Positions 37,701 through 50,683 of a stretch of 64,000 bases of DNA are shown here, one piece after another. Below the pieces are notes generated by a model. It was not told the DNA's origin and did no database searches. It saw only the letters and a program-made list of their open reading frames with translations. The DNA is taken from contig NC_068990.1 of NCBI RefSeq assembly GCF_001194135.2, positions 71,632,920 through 71,696,919 on the forward strand. Direction: 5' to 3'. The DNA comes from Octopus bimaculoides. Its lineage: Eukaryota. Numbering within the stretch: the stretch's first letter is position 1; every line of letters begins with the position of its first letter. A program made the position numbers and the translations under genes.

Positions 37701-39284
37701 AATATATTGGACAGTGAAGAAAACATAACATGTCAACCACAGAAGACTGCAGTTCAGTGAATGTCAGAATGTACATCAACTAAGAGCTGACATAATATAT
37801 TTGGATCTATGGATTGAAGATCATCCTATTGTATTTTCCAGTATCTAACTCAAAGTGTATAGTGTAAACATGTAGTATAAACATTCAAACATCTTTGCAA
37901 ATCCAGCTGCATTTTACATGGAACTTTTGGTCCTCCAAAGTCATCTTGGTGTGTAAGCCAACCTATCTTTTTTTTTTTTTTTTTTTTTTTTTGTAAATTT
38001 TGGTCTGAACAATTCGAGTTGTATGCAACATAATATGATAGTTATTTGATTGGATATCTATGTGGCATAGATCTCCTTGATCAGAGGTTACACAACTAGT
38101 AACATCAACAAAAGAATATCTATGCAGTCCTCAGCCTAAAAGAAATAATCAGAATAACCAATCTTAAGAAAAGAATATTTGTCAGTATAGTCTTGGCTAC
38201 CACACTATCTGAGGAGAGGACTGGATGGTCAGGGCTGAAACATCTTTGATCAAAGATCAGCTCAATCAGAGCTGAATTGGTGCTAAATAACAACACAAAA
38301 ACATCAGTAACATCAACAAAGATAACTTTACTACAACACCTATGACAACAATAATAACAATGAGGCATGCTCTTATTAGCAAGCCAATTGCCCCAGAGTT
38401 TAAATATTCTGAGTGAAACAAACTTCACTTACCCGTGTTTCACTGTCGTATAGGGAAAAACCAACATGGATATCTAATGTTAACCCTGATAGACAACTCC
38501 TCCAAGTACAGCCAAATGTTTTACTCTGGAAGTAATACAAATAAAATTTGCATATAGAGACAAAAAACAGAGGGTGACAATAGAGACAGGAGGATATATA
38601 ATGTTATAGTTGGTGTAAAACTTCTCCATGCACAACCAAATATTTAAATAAAGTTTATAGTTTAAGCTCTCATCATCTAGCATAAAACCATCTTCCTCTC
38701 TACTCTAGTCTTATTCAGTCGAAGAGGATCTTAGTCTTGCAAGCTACATGATAACCTCACTGGTGCTGATGTCATGAATAAAAAGCACCAGTGCACTCTT
38801 TAAAGTGGTTGGCATGAGGAATGGGATCCAAATATAGAATCCATGCCAAAACTGACATTGGAACACAGCACAATCCTTAAAATGTGTCAGATACTGTCAA
38901 AACATCCAATCCATGTCAGCATAGAAAATGGACTTTAAATAGGTATGAAATGAATATACCATCCTTATTTAACTGTTTTGTATACCAGCATAGGCTGGAC
39001 AGTTTGACAGGATCCAATGAGCTTCAGGGCTCTGTTAGGCTCCTGTGTCAACTTAGACATAGCTTCTGTATCTGGATAGCCTTCCTAATGCCAATATATA
39101 TATATATATATAAAGGACACAGGTTTCGTGTGTCACATAGCTAGCTAGAGGCGATGGCTTCTTGGAGCTAATTCACGGCAGCTTTCGTCCTAATTTTGGG
39201 ACTGCCATGTTGGCTTGGCGATAACTATTAATTTCCAGTACCGCTGCCGTAGTCTCCTTTAGAGAGACTTAGAAATATTAATAA

Positions 39285-39326
<42 letters not shown>

Positions 39327-42300
39327 GAATGGTGTGTGTATGGTGTGTATTTATGTGCATGACACATCAGGTAAGTATATATTGGACAGTGAAAATGTGT
39401 GTTTATGAGGATGTATGAGTGTGTATATGTGTGAATGTAAGTGTGTGTGTGTGCATACATGCATGTGCATGTGTGTCTGTTGCCAAAAACCTGGAATGAG
39501 CAAATCCAAAGAGCCAGTTTTTACATTCGGTAATGAAACATTAATATTTAAATAAAATACGATGGTAACCTTTAGTAGGCTCACAGCATGATGATTGGTC
39601 CGGTACCAAGCTTTTTCTAATTGCAGCACTTCAGAACGACTTTCCAAACTAAGATAAATACTACTACCACTTCCAGTCTGGATGATAAAGCAATGTTGGC
39701 GGTCATCAGTTAACTCTGTGTCCTATGAAAAAATAGGAGAGAAATATAGGATTAGAGCAATGTCTGTTTTTTTTTTTTAGTGATGTCTCCTATAGCAAAC
39801 TTACAGCAACACTTTGAAGTTACAAAAATACCCCTTCACCTATAGTCATTTATATATACTTAAGGTGATGTCCATAAACATACAGACAATCTGTATGTTT
39901 ATGGAAGGTGTTCTTCCATCAAGGCAAGTCTCGGCCACATACAGTGAAGATGACATTCCAAAGGCTGGAGCAGTTTGAATGAGAAATGATGCCCCATCCA
40001 CCATATTCACTGGACATTGTCCCATCTGATAATCATTTATTCCACAGTCTGCATATTGTGATGAACTACATCTACCAAGATTATGACGGATCTCCGAGAC
40101 CACCCCCTCACCCCCAAAACAGCTTTTGGACTTATAACACCTTTAATTTTCTCTGTTGTTTGTACTCTGTGTAAGTTGGATCTATTAATATAAATGTCTA
40201 TATATTTATACTTAAATATTCATCGTCTAAAAGTCTTCACATTTTGCTTTCTCTCATTTTTCATGTTTACATATATACATATTTTGTATTTCATAGGCAA
40301 ACTGTTATATTTAATATGTCTAATTTGTTTATCCACATAATTGCCTTCATATCTGCTAAACTTGATCCCTCTTATAGCAATTCCTTACCCCATGGAATTG
40401 ATCCCCTGTAAAGACATTGGAGTCCAAGTTTAAATCATTTGTCTTCTATACTGAGAATCTCTGGATCTTGCCTGTTGACTATATATATATATATATACAC
40501 ACACACATATAATTTGATGCATATTCTATTACTTAAGTGATAGAAAGAAATGTTCAATTAATCTTTTTAAGTACACTTTGCTGTAAGTACACACACATAG
40601 AGTCTTCACTGACCTTGAGAATCTTGAACATTGATTCATAAACCTTTGACACACGTTCACATTGATTCCAGTCTCGCAGATCAGCCTGAAAGAAAATGTA
40701 ATAATAGAGGCACATCAACAGACAAATCTTGGAGAATTATTCCTGTGAAAAGCAGAAGGAAAATATTATTTAGGAAAGGAGTTTTTTTTTTTTAACACAA
40801 TGTCTTACATAAATATATTTCAAAGAGTATTATCTCAAACAATGATATTCTTTTCTAAATTTTATTCATTTTTAGTCTAAATATTATGGTATGTTTAAAA
40901 GAGGGGAAACTGGAGACTTGCTGCTGCAGAAGAAGTACACTTGCAAAAAAGGAAACAAAAACGGGATTGTCAGATAATATTTTCAAATACAGTTGCTGCA
41001 GCTGAGACAGTCCTTCACATATGACAGCTGCTGCTGCTGCTGCTGCTGCCAATTTGAATGAAGCAAGACTTGCTAGTGCAGGTCCATGGTGTTGCAGGAT
41101 TAATAGATCTCATTAGACATAAGGTATGTTGTTTACATGCTGTTTGTCTTTGATATGAGTGAATCTAAGGAAAGAATGGGAAGAGGTAATGATATCTAAG
41201 AAGAAATGAAGTAGGATGAAGGTGGTGGAGAGCTTGCCAAGTTGCAGTTCATCTAAGCAACTCATGCCAGCATGGAAAAATGGACATTAATAGGTGTAGG
41301 CATGGCTGTGTGGTAAGAAGCTTGCTTCCCAACCACAGGGTTTTGGGTTCAGTACCATAGCATGGAACCTAGGGCAAGTGTCTTCTATAGCCTCAGGCTG
41401 ACCAAAGCTTTGTGAGTGGATCTGATAGATGGAGATGGAAAGAGGCCCATTGTATATATATGCCAGCATGGATAATGGACGTTAAATAATGATGATGATG
41501 GTGTGTTGTTATTGTTGTGTCTGTTTGTCCTCCGCCACTGCTTCACAACTGGTGTTGGTGTATTTACGCCCCTGTAAGAGACCAATAAAGTAAGTACCAG
41601 ACTAAAATTTCAAGGTGGTGCCCCAGCATGGCCACAATCTAATGACTAAAATAAGTAAAAGATAAGAGCTTAATCCTTTTGTTACCATATTTCTGTTGAG
41701 ATGTTCTGAGCTTCTTTCAATCAATTTTAAATATAACAAAAAAATTTAGTAAAATAACTTAGTTATTATTAAGCTAGTGTTAGGAACATAAATTGTGACT
41801 AAGGTTTGGTGGAAGATTTTAATTCAGAACTTTTGAAAACAAAACATTTGTACTACAGAGCCAAAGGTGGTTTCAGCTGGGTTGGTATCAAAAGGTTAAA
41901 GTGATGATGTTTAGCTTCACAAAAGTAACGTTGCCTCAGCAGAAAAGGATGTCCAAGCAGGGTTTGCAAAAGTATGGAATTCCCTAGAATTATATGGAAG
42001 TCCCCACTTCTCGACAACATGAAGAGGGGTTTCTTCAAAGTAGTCTTTGACTCAGTGCTTCTCTATGGCTCTTCAGCCTGAACACTCAACAAGAGACTTG
42101 TAAAGAAGCTTGATGGTACACAAGACTGCTTTGTGCACTTCTCAACTTTTCTTGGCAGCAATGCTCCAGGAAGCAGTGACTGCATGGCAATCTTCCCACC
42201 ATCATCTCGGTAATCAGAAGAAGAAGACATTATGCAGGAGCAAGGATCAAATATCCAATGAACTCCTCCTCAGCAAACCCATGCATGGAGATTCTGGTAC

Positions 42301-42455
42301 AAGCAGACCAAGAAGAGCATATATTAATCAACTTGTGTGGGATGCAGGATATCAGGTGGAGGATATGAAGACTGCTATGGAAGATGAAGACATCTGGCAT
42401 AGAAAGGTTGTACTGATCTGGGAAGGAAGGAAAGAAAGAAGGAATGAAGAAAAGT

Positions 42456-42487
<32 letters not shown>

Positions 42488-45400
42488 AATAAAGAAAAAT
42501 AGATAGACATAACCTTCAAGTCAGTCCTGATTGAGCAGACATATGATCAAAGGTGTTTTGGCTATGATATTATCTTTTCTTTATTAGACATAGTATGACT
42601 AGAACTACATTATTCAATCTATCCTGTTTTTTTTTTTAAAATAAAGAAGATTGTAAGGTGGTATTTGAGGGGAATCTGGCTGCTATTTCAAATAGTTTGA
42701 ATAACCTCCTGGAAGTTCCTTAACTGAATTATTAAAATGAAGATGATGATGGGGTGGTGGTGATGATGATGATGGTGCTGGTGTTATTAAAGATAATTAT
42801 GATGTCTACATAAATGTGTTGATACTTATTAAGAAGATAACCAATCACTAATTAGTTACCATTAACGTTTGAAAATTTGCTTCTATTCTAGATTTTAAGG
42901 AGTTTTTCTTAATCATAAACATACTTTTATTACCCTTTTATTTTCTTCATCATTAACATCTTTGTTTTTTCTATTTTTGTATTACTTTTTTGCTTTAGTT
43001 ACACAAACCCAACTAACTAGAAATATCTTTAAAGCTTTTTAGTGATTTTTTTTTAATGAGAAAATAAAATTGCACTGAATAAACACATCCAAGTTTTATG
43101 TCAAAATATTTATATTAAGAAAATAATATGAAACATAAAAGTATATCATAAACCTTTTCACACAATTCCAATAACAACATTTAGAAAATAAAAGAAAACT
43201 GCAGTAAGAAAAAGGAAGCAATCAGGAATTTGAGGTTTCTTTTAAATTATTATTATTATTATTATCATTATTATTTACTTTTTTTTTTTGCTAATGATGT
43301 CATATTCTTTGTGTCTGTATAATATATCACAAGAAATAAATGACTGTTACTTGAAGCAATGTCTTTGATGAGCAAATATAGCTGAAGGATATATTTTTAT
43401 CTAACAAACGTATTAAACACTATGGTTCATGTCATTTGTTGTCTGATGTACTGCTGTAGAACTAGGCAATTAAAGAAAACAGACACTGAATCTAGTATAA
43501 TATGATATGATATGGGTTAGGTGATTTTTAGGTCAGGCCATAAAATAAGTTAGCCCGGAAGGAGCTTAGGTGTGAAACCCCAATTGTCAACAGGGAATTT
43601 TAAGGGCCAATCTTTCTAGTGCTGGTGGCATGACAAGCACCCATGCTATAAAGTGGTTGGTGCTAGGAAGAGCAATCAGCTATAAAAGCCATTAAAAAAA
43701 AAATCAATCAAACAAAAAATAACATAAGATACACAACGACAAAGACAAGTGGTTTTTCTCTGTTACTGAGTGTGCCAGATTATAAAGGACTCTAACCAAG
43801 GATGAGATACTGTGAAACTCATTCAACCTATGACAGCATGGTAAAACAGATAAAAAAAAATCATGATGATAATGAGTTGGAAGAGGTGAGGGCCTTTATA
43901 ACATTGCTCAGAGTGTTAAAAATAGCAGCCAAATCTTCAATACATCCCACCCTTCTTTCTTCAAAAGTAAGTGGAAAGGCACATCGTAAACAATGTAGTT
44001 CAAGACAATGATGAAAAAAAAAAAAAAAGATGAGATGTTTGTGGCTGGAATGCTTTTGCTTCTAGATCTACTTGATGAAGACTAACCTGGAGTTAAACAA
44101 CAACAGAAGATATTTTGCAAGTTAAGGGTTCACAGTGCTCAGGTGGTGTTCTGTAGATGGCAATGTAAGCAGTACAGAACTACATATGAATTTAAGGGAT
44201 TCACAACTACAAGTATTTTTATGTAAATGTATTTTTATGTAAGGAGTACATAACTACATATTGTTGTTCTAATCTAGATGGAGATGCAAGCAATAAGTGC
44301 TCAGACGTAGACAGGACATAGAAGAAATTATACTTTAATGAAATAACAATGAACAGAGAACGTATATATGGCAAAAAATATTGGTAATATTTCTACACTG
44401 TAAACAAGAAAGTTGTATTAAAACTTACAGGAGGAGTATCAAACAAGAATATTTCACTTCCTTTTAATGCAAGAAATTTTGCTCTCCAAGCTTGGCATTG
44501 TCGGTTGACCTGAACTTTTTCAAAACACCAACAAACATGGAATATCTGCAAATTAATGATAAAAAACAAGAAGCAAAAATATAGTATACTTCAGAACTCA
44601 AAAATATGCAGCAGTTATTTATCTATATCTTAGGAGAATGAGTTGTTGAAGTGCCTATATTTTGCTTAGGCCCCTCTACTCTTTAACCTTAGTGAAATTT
44701 ATATAACAGATGCTAAAATTTATATTGAACTCTGATGGTAAATCCAAAAAGTACCATCACTTCTATCACACTTACATCAGTTTTAAATTGATTGTATAGG
44801 TTTTCTTCAAGCATCTTGCTACATGTTGCAAATGGTGCTTAGTCATTTCCTTAGTGAAGTTCAACCTCCCGAGATCAGCTTTCACCACTTCTTCCTATGT
44901 CTTTCTCGAGCTTCTTCCTCTTCTTCTTCTGCAGGTCCTTCTCTTTACTTAACTGTCATCCATATGCATCACGTGTTTGCACCAGTGCAGTCTTCTGACT
45001 TGCACTCTAACTGCAAATTGTAGCTAAACCCAGTTTTTCTTTCAGCTCACCTATACTATCATTCATTCACATTAGCAATACACACCCATCAGAGTATGCA
45101 CATGACTTTCCAGCTTTCACAGTCTGTGCTTCACTATCATGAACATCACAATTTAGTACACAAACAATGTATAATTCAGACTTCACTGAGAGAGAAAACC
45201 TAAATCCCTCTGTTGTCAGTAGCAGTAAAAGCTCTCTGAACTTTTCCCTCCTTGTTCTCATGCTAGTTACTATGCTTTTGAAAGAGCTTCTTGCACTGCT
45301 GACAAGGTCATTTAGGTAACAGAAACTAACATTTTCTTCCAGGGAGCCAGTTGAGAATTTGCAATTTATTTCATGGCTATTTTTACTACAAACAACTTCT

Positions 45401-48400
45401 GTGCATTTGTTACACACAAAATTCTGACAGCCTGTCAGTAATCCCAGTGCAACTCTTTTATATATATATTGTTTATAATGGAAATGTATTACAGAGTTCT
45501 TGCTTACACCTTTGCTGCATATTGAGCAGGATTATGTCCCTGATGGCAACAAAACCATGTGCTCTTTCCTGCTAAAAATTTTGTCTTTATAAGGTTTACT
45601 TAAATACTTTTTGTGGACCAAGTTATGAAAGCAACAGATAATGTTACAGGAAACAATTAATTAGGAAGAAAATTAGCTTAGATGCGATATGTTTTGGGTT
45701 TGCATCTGGATAGGGTACCACTGGTGTTCTTGTTCTGGTGAGGCAACTACAAAAGAAGTTCTTATCACAAATTAGGCCATGCTATTTAGTATTTGTTGAC
45801 CTAGAGTAGGCCTCCAACAGGTACCATGCTCTAGTGTACAATGGTTGCTAACAAAAGGAAAAAAAATCTAGGTGTAGATGATTGGTTTGTTAGAGCCATA
45901 TGCAAACTATGTACAGAAATGCTGTAAGCAAAATTACGAGTTAACAATCAGTTCAGCAAAGAATTTAGTCAGCTGCCAAGTGTCCCACAGAGGTTAGGTC
46001 ATATTAACTTTAGTTTCCCAGGCCACAACAGTGAAGTGAAGTGTGCATGGAAACTTTTGTATTGAGATGGCTAAGTCCTCTAAGTTGAATCTACTGAAGA
46101 ATTAGAGATGAAATTCCAAACATAGAAGCAAAATCCAATAACATAAGCAGATAAAATTTAGGTTGAAAACAGTTATACTGTAAGCACTAAATGAATATAT
46201 GTACTCTGATAATCTTGGGTCAGAACTTAGAAACACATTGACAAGAACAATGAAATACGATTAAGTATTTTCGCTTAATATTTGTTAAATCAAGAGTTAG
46301 TGATTAATAAGAAATGTAACAGGTTTTAAAAATAACTTTTACTTTATTAATCCACTTTTCAAATAGATTAATGTAAAAAAAAAAAGGACAATGAACACAG
46401 CATTGATGGTTCATAATGTGTACAATGTATAGAAGCCCAAGAGTTTGTTTAGAGCATAAAACTAAACAGAGTCAGCCATTGAATTCTGCAAATGACCATT
46501 ATCTTAACATTCACATAATCAATATACATATTTCAACAAAACAATACACTCATACAATGGTCCCCTTGTAAAATTGATTTCTTACACAGCCAGAAGGCAT
46601 CATATTTATACAGTATAGGGAAAAGTAAATTTGCAACATTCATATACTTTTCTCAAAAGCATTAGCAAGACAAATAAAGTAAAATGGCTTCAATTAAGAT
46701 TGAAATCAAGTTTGGAATATAATTTTTTTTTTATTGGAGTGCTTTCGAAAAAGTGAAAATCTAATCACTTCTATTTTTCTACTAAGTTGTGAAATATAAC
46801 TCTTTTCAGTTAAGAATAAGAAATTTTCAAATAAACTAGCCCTAATCTAGTTGGCAAATATGCACCCTGTCCATATCTTTCAGTAACAGCCATTAAAAAA
46901 AAAACAAAAAAAAAAAAACTCACCTGTTCCTCTGGAATTAACATTTTGTTCCATTTGGAAATCTGAAAATATTGTGAAGAAAGGGAGAAAATAAAAGATA
47001 GGAAAAGATGCTGATGCTGAAAAAAAGATAAAAACTTTAAGTCTTAAAGATATGACTTAACAAAAGAATGCATTCAGTGAAGGTGAACACATATTAAGAA
47101 GATGAATGGAATAATCAATGTATTGAATATTTCATCATTGCTAAATCAATGAATTATTTGCAGAACTTTCAATTTCCATTATTATATAGAATATAAAAGT
47201 ACATTTAACCTCTCCAGTATCATCATCAACTTTCCAATTTATATTTTTTATATGTCTTTTTCACACTAGAATGGCTTATATAATACATTTTTCCATGCTT
47301 CATGAAATACAGAAAAAAAAATCAAATATACTTTAAAAGATACTAAATTTATATATTCCCTTTGAAGTTAAGTTGTTGTTTAGGCCAGTTTTGATCTAGC
47401 AGACCTATGATAAATAAAATTTCAATCATAAATAACTAGTCTTTTTTTCAATATAAATAAGAATACATTATTTAATGTGTCCTTTTATTTTTAAGAAAGT
47501 AGAGTGTGATTTAAGGGTGTTTTGTGTTGCATTAAGACCCTTGCATTGATTCATTGCAGTTAAGTTTTTAATTTTAGTTCATCAAATTACTTTAGATTGT
47601 CAATCTGTAAAACAGTAAAAGGTTTTCTTACTAAATTTCGAAATTGGTGATTAATTCCTTCAGATATGCACTGAATCCATTCTGCTAAGGCTCTTGTGTC
47701 TTCACATACTACCACACCAGAAGTTACACCATCGACTCCAACAACCTCAAATGCATTAGGTCTAGATAAAATGGAAATCACAAAATTACTTAAAGTTCAT
47801 CAACAATTTGAAAACGTAAAGAAATACAATGATTGTATAAGATATTTTTGAAAGAAAAAAATAAAGAAGTTTCTCATTCATCAAAGTCAATTTCTATATT
47901 GTAATCAAATTTCCCGTAACTTTGACTAGAATATGGTATTATTTTTAGTTGCTTGTGGTTTCTCTAAACTCTAAAACTGAAGAGAGGGAAATTTTTATAT
48001 TTTAACAGATTCAATAAGCACAGGAATGGTAACGTGGCTAAGAGATTTCACTGTTCAACCACATGGTTTTGGGTTCAGTTCCACTGCAAAGTACTTTGAC
48101 CAAATATCTTCTGCAGCCCTGCCAACCAATGCTTTATGTGTGCGAATTCAGTAGACAGAAACTGTATTGAAGCCTATCATGAGTGCTTTTAAAAAAACCC
48201 ATAGAATAAAAAAAAAAAAACAGGTAAGGGTTGGCAATGGAAAGAGCATCTGGTCATTAAAATCCTGCATCAAATAAGTACCTTTTCCAACCTATGCTAG
48301 CATGAAAGAACAGACATTAAATGAATAAATGAATGAAATGAAGTAAACTTGATTTGCATAGGTTAAACGGAAATATTCTAAATATAGTGGGGTAAAATTA

Positions 48401-48950
48401 ATACTATTTAAGAATTTCTATACATTTAGTCTTACCCTAGAATGAGATTGCAGTAAAAAGCCCTCTTGGAGTAAAATATGAACCTAATAAACAACATGTC
48501 ACATTTTAGGAAATAACTTTCATTTTAATTTAATGGAGTCCAACCATGCCAGATTGGAAAACAGCCGTTAAATGACAATGAAATGATGATGTGTCATGAT
48601 GGCTTTCTCTTCAGGTAGATTAATGTCATCCTATTTTTGCCAAGGGTTAATATTCTAGAAGGGAAAAATAAGATTTTGTGAAAATAAGAGAAGATTGTAT
48701 GGATAAAAGCGGAGACAGTTGTTTATGTTATTTCAAAACATGTGAAGTTTAAAAGTAAATAATTAATGATAATTTTGAAATTTGCTGTATTTTTCTTGAT
48801 GGTATAAATAACTGTTTCTAACAAGAAGCAGGCATAGTTGTCCAGTTATAAAGTTTGCCTCTAAACCATGTGATTTTGGGCAAGTGCCTTTTGCTATAGC
48901 TCTTAGCTAACCAAAGTCTTCTGAGTGGATTTGGTAGATGGAAGTAAAAG

Positions 48951-48984
<34 letters not shown>

Positions 48985-49179
48985 TTCATATATTGCACTT
49001 CCTTGTGCTTTTAAAGCTTTTGGAAAATACATATGGGTTAAAAGAATGCTACTGCATGCCACATTGAGCAAGTACCTTCTACTATAGCCTTGGGCTAACC
49101 AAAGCCTTGTAAGTGGATTTGGTAAAGAGAAACTGAAAGAAGACCTTTGTGTATATGTATGTATGTGTGTGTGTGTATG

Positions 49180-49225
<46 letters not shown>

Positions 49226-50009
49226 ATATATATATACACACACATATATATGTACAGGGTGGGTGGAAAGTAACTAGGCATTAGAAATTGTTCATAGAAT
49301 TTTTAGTATCACTGAAGTCACGATGAAAACATTTTTTAAACAGACAACACTAATGGGGATTTCTTATTTTCTTATTGTCTTATTTTTTATGCCTGTGCCA
49401 GTGCTATGTGAAAAGCACCCAGCACCCATGCTGGTGCCACATCAAAGGCACCTGTCCAGGTCCCATGTAAAAAGCACCCTTGCTGGTGTCATGTAAAAAA
49501 CACCCAGTACACACTGTAAAGTCGTTGTTGTTAGGAAAGTTATCCAGCTGAAGAAACCAAGCCAAAACAGACAACTGAAGCCTGGTGCGGCAATCTGGCT
49601 AGCCAACTCTTGTAAAATCATCCAATCCTTGCCAGCATGGAAAATAGAAGGATGATAATGATGGTGATGGTATAATTAAGTCAATTTGCTGTTGTAAGTA
49701 GATGTTTCTGGTTTCTGGGAAATAAAGAAGATGTCCACAAAATGGAGACTCAGGTTGTATGCTTGAAACAGTGTAGATTCTGCTAAAAGCACCCACAAAA
49801 CCAGCTGTTGATGCTAAAGCTGGTTGACAGATTAAGTCTACCAATCAAAGTTGGGTTCATTGTTTCTGAATAAGAGATGGCACAAGTAAACACACTTACC
49901 GAAGTTTGTCAGTTCCTGCCATATATCGTGTTATGTAAGCATAAAGGAGTGGAATGGATGTCATGTTAACCCATTGCTTTTCGAGTTGTAACCAACCGGA
50001 TGTGTTGTG
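33023..50009 (-). CDS. SNTG: Gamma-syntrophin (SNTG1/SNTG2-like), 5'-partial: complement(join(33023-33124,35280-35390,38433-38525,39570-39722,40614-40685,44429-44545,46924-46962,47632-47761,49900-50009))
   Basis: Nine GT-AG exons (927 nt) splice in frame to ...LEKQWVNMTSIPLLYAYITRYMAGTDKLRPNAFEVVGVDG...KFLALKGSEIFLFDTPP...WTYRFSQLKGSSDDGKSKLKLLFQN...LFCIHAFLSAKLASVDPGFLHNF*. This matches the gamma-syntrophin PH/SU region as I recall it (e.g. WRYKFSQLKGSSDDGKSK, LHCIHSFFAAKVACLDP). Confidence 0.96.
35280..35390 (-). CDS. SNTG: SNTG exon (111 nt), SYMWTYRFSQLKGSSDDGKSKLKLLFQNDSTKLIETR
   Basis: Acceptor tgtattgcag and donor |GTAAGT. Diagnostic FSQLKGSSDDGK motif. Confidence 0.97.
36270..36640 (-). 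mobile_element. tRNA-head SINE
   Basis: Reverse complement of tail, body and head as in other copies. Confidence 0.75.
38433..38525 (-). CDS. SNTG: SNTG exon (93 nt), SKTFGCTWRSCLSGLTLDIHVGFSLYDSETR
   Basis: Acceptor ttgtattacttccag and donor CGG|GTAAGT. Start of the SU region. Confidence 0.93.
39570..39722 (-). CDS. SNTG: SNTG exon (153 nt), DTELTDDRQHCFIIQTGSGSSIYLSLESRSEVLQLEKAWYRTNHHAVSLLK
   Basis: Acceptor ctattttttcatag. The donor AAG|GTTACC is weak but is the one that joins the next exon in register with the family alignment. Confidence 0.9.
39908..40060 (+). mobile_element. Mariner transposase fragment
   Basis: VFFHQGKSRPHTVKMT...MMPHPPYSLDIVPSDNHLFHSL, matching the mariner HDNARPH and HPPYSPDLAPSDYHLF motifs. 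Confidence 0.8.
40614..40685 (-). CDS. SNTG: SNTG exon (72 nt), ADLRDWNQCERVSKVYESMFKILK
   Basis: Acceptor cattttctttcag and donor AAG|GTCAGT. Matches DWxxxExxxxVYExMxKILK. Confidence 0.93.
41291..41665 (+). mobile_element. Composite SINE (tRNA head, RTE-type tail and body)
   Basis: Clear head gtaggcatggctgtgtggtaagaagcttgcttcccaaccac and tail ccagcatggccacaatctaatgactaaaataagtaaaag. Confidence 0.75.
41670..41899. mobile_element. MITE family A copy
   Basis: TTAA-flanked, same TIR and interior as 19772-19991. Confidence 0.7.
41900..42495 (+). mobile_element. LINE 3' end (RTE/RTEX-like) with (GAAA)n tail
   Basis: ORF 42110-42457 contains CRSKDQISNELLLSKPMHG..RPRRAYINQL..EDMKTAMEDEDIW, typical of RTE-group C-termini, followed by a (GAAA)n run. 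Confidence 0.55.
44429..44545 (-). CDS. SNTG: SNTG exon (117 nt), IFHVCWCFEKVQVNRQCQAWRAKFLALKGSEIFLFDTPP
   Basis: Acceptor ttaatttgcag and donor |GTAAGT. FLALKGS motif of the split PH domain. Confidence 0.94.
44780..45560 (-). mobile_element. RTE-like LINE fragment
   Basis: ORF 45067-45417 reads SFCYLNDLVSS...REKFRELLLLLTTEG..LSVKSELY..CV...HDSEAQ, resembling the RTE post-RT region FRYLGD..WAKFRELLPLL..LY..CV..HGSETW. Confidence 0.7.
46924..46962 (-). CDS. SNTG: SNTG small exon (39 nt), ISKWNKMLIPEEQ
   Basis: Acceptor caatattttcag and donor CAG|GTGAGT. Fills the 13-aa stretch corresponding to vertebrate IKKINRNFPVNQQ. Confidence 0.88.
47632..47761 (-). CDS. SNTG: SNTG exon (130 nt), PNAFEVVGVDGVTSGVVVCEDTRALAEWIQCISEGINHQFRNL
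   Basis: Acceptor ttccattttatctag and donor |GTAAGA. Lies within ORF 47587-47781. Confidence 0.95.
49900..50009 (-). CDS. SNTG: SNTG exon (110 nt), HNTSGWLQLEKQWVNMTSIPLLYAYITRYMAGTDKL(R)
   Basis: Acceptor ctgcttcttcttcag and donor CG|GTAAGT. Matches EKRWxDxxxIPLLxxxxxxYxxGTD. Confidence 0.92.
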
Positions 50010-50171
50010 CTGAAGAAGAAGCAGAGAAAAAGGAAAAATTGTTAATGTGCAAATGAGGTTGAATCAGCAAATAAATTTCCACAAGGTAAAACAGCAACAA
50101 CAACCACACACAAAGACACAGATGTTTGGTGAACTGACATTATCAACATCGTTCGTCAGACTCATTATAAT

Positions 50172-50237
<66 letters not shown>

Positions 50238-50655
50238 CCCATAGTCATCATTATCTTTGTCAATATAATCATCATCAACATCGTTACAATTCTCCTCATC
50301 ACATTCATTATTTTCAGCAGTATCTTCATCATCATTATTATAATTCTCATTGTCATTATTATCATCATGATAAATTACAACGATGAATGGAATAAGATGA
50401 ACTGAAGAGTCAAGCATTTATATTGGTGCAAGGCTTTTCACTCTGAATGAGGTAAAGAGTTCCTTTTTAATCTCCTGGAGACAGAGCAGGTGTCTGAGAG
50501 AGAGAGAGAGAATGAATGAGTGACAAGGAGAAAGAGAAAGGGGTGGGAGGAGGAGGTAGAGGTGAGTGGAGAAAAAAAGAAAGAGGAGAGACTATACAGA
50601 GAAGGCAGAAGGAGAACAAACAGGTGAGAAAGTATCAATTTAATTAAAAACTGAC

Positions 50656-50683
50656 TTTTAGTTCAGAGATTGTATTCCTGCTG
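50656..50683 (-). CDS. Candidate SNTG microexon (28 nt; 25 or 22 nt with tandem CAG acceptors), SRNTISELK
   Basis: Acceptor tctttCAGCAGCAG and donor |GTCAGT. Phase 2 to 0 exactly bridges candidate 52552-52613 to exon 49900-50009. No homology support. Confidence 0.4.

Noticed and set aside
40855-41052. ORF starting with poly-Ala
   Set aside because: Short (GCT)n repeat in an intron, non-ATG start, no splice or homology support.
50047-50417. Asp/Asn-rich and Met/Ile-rich ORFs
   Set aside because: Degenerate (CAT/TAT)n and (TA)n simple repeats just upstream of a real exon.
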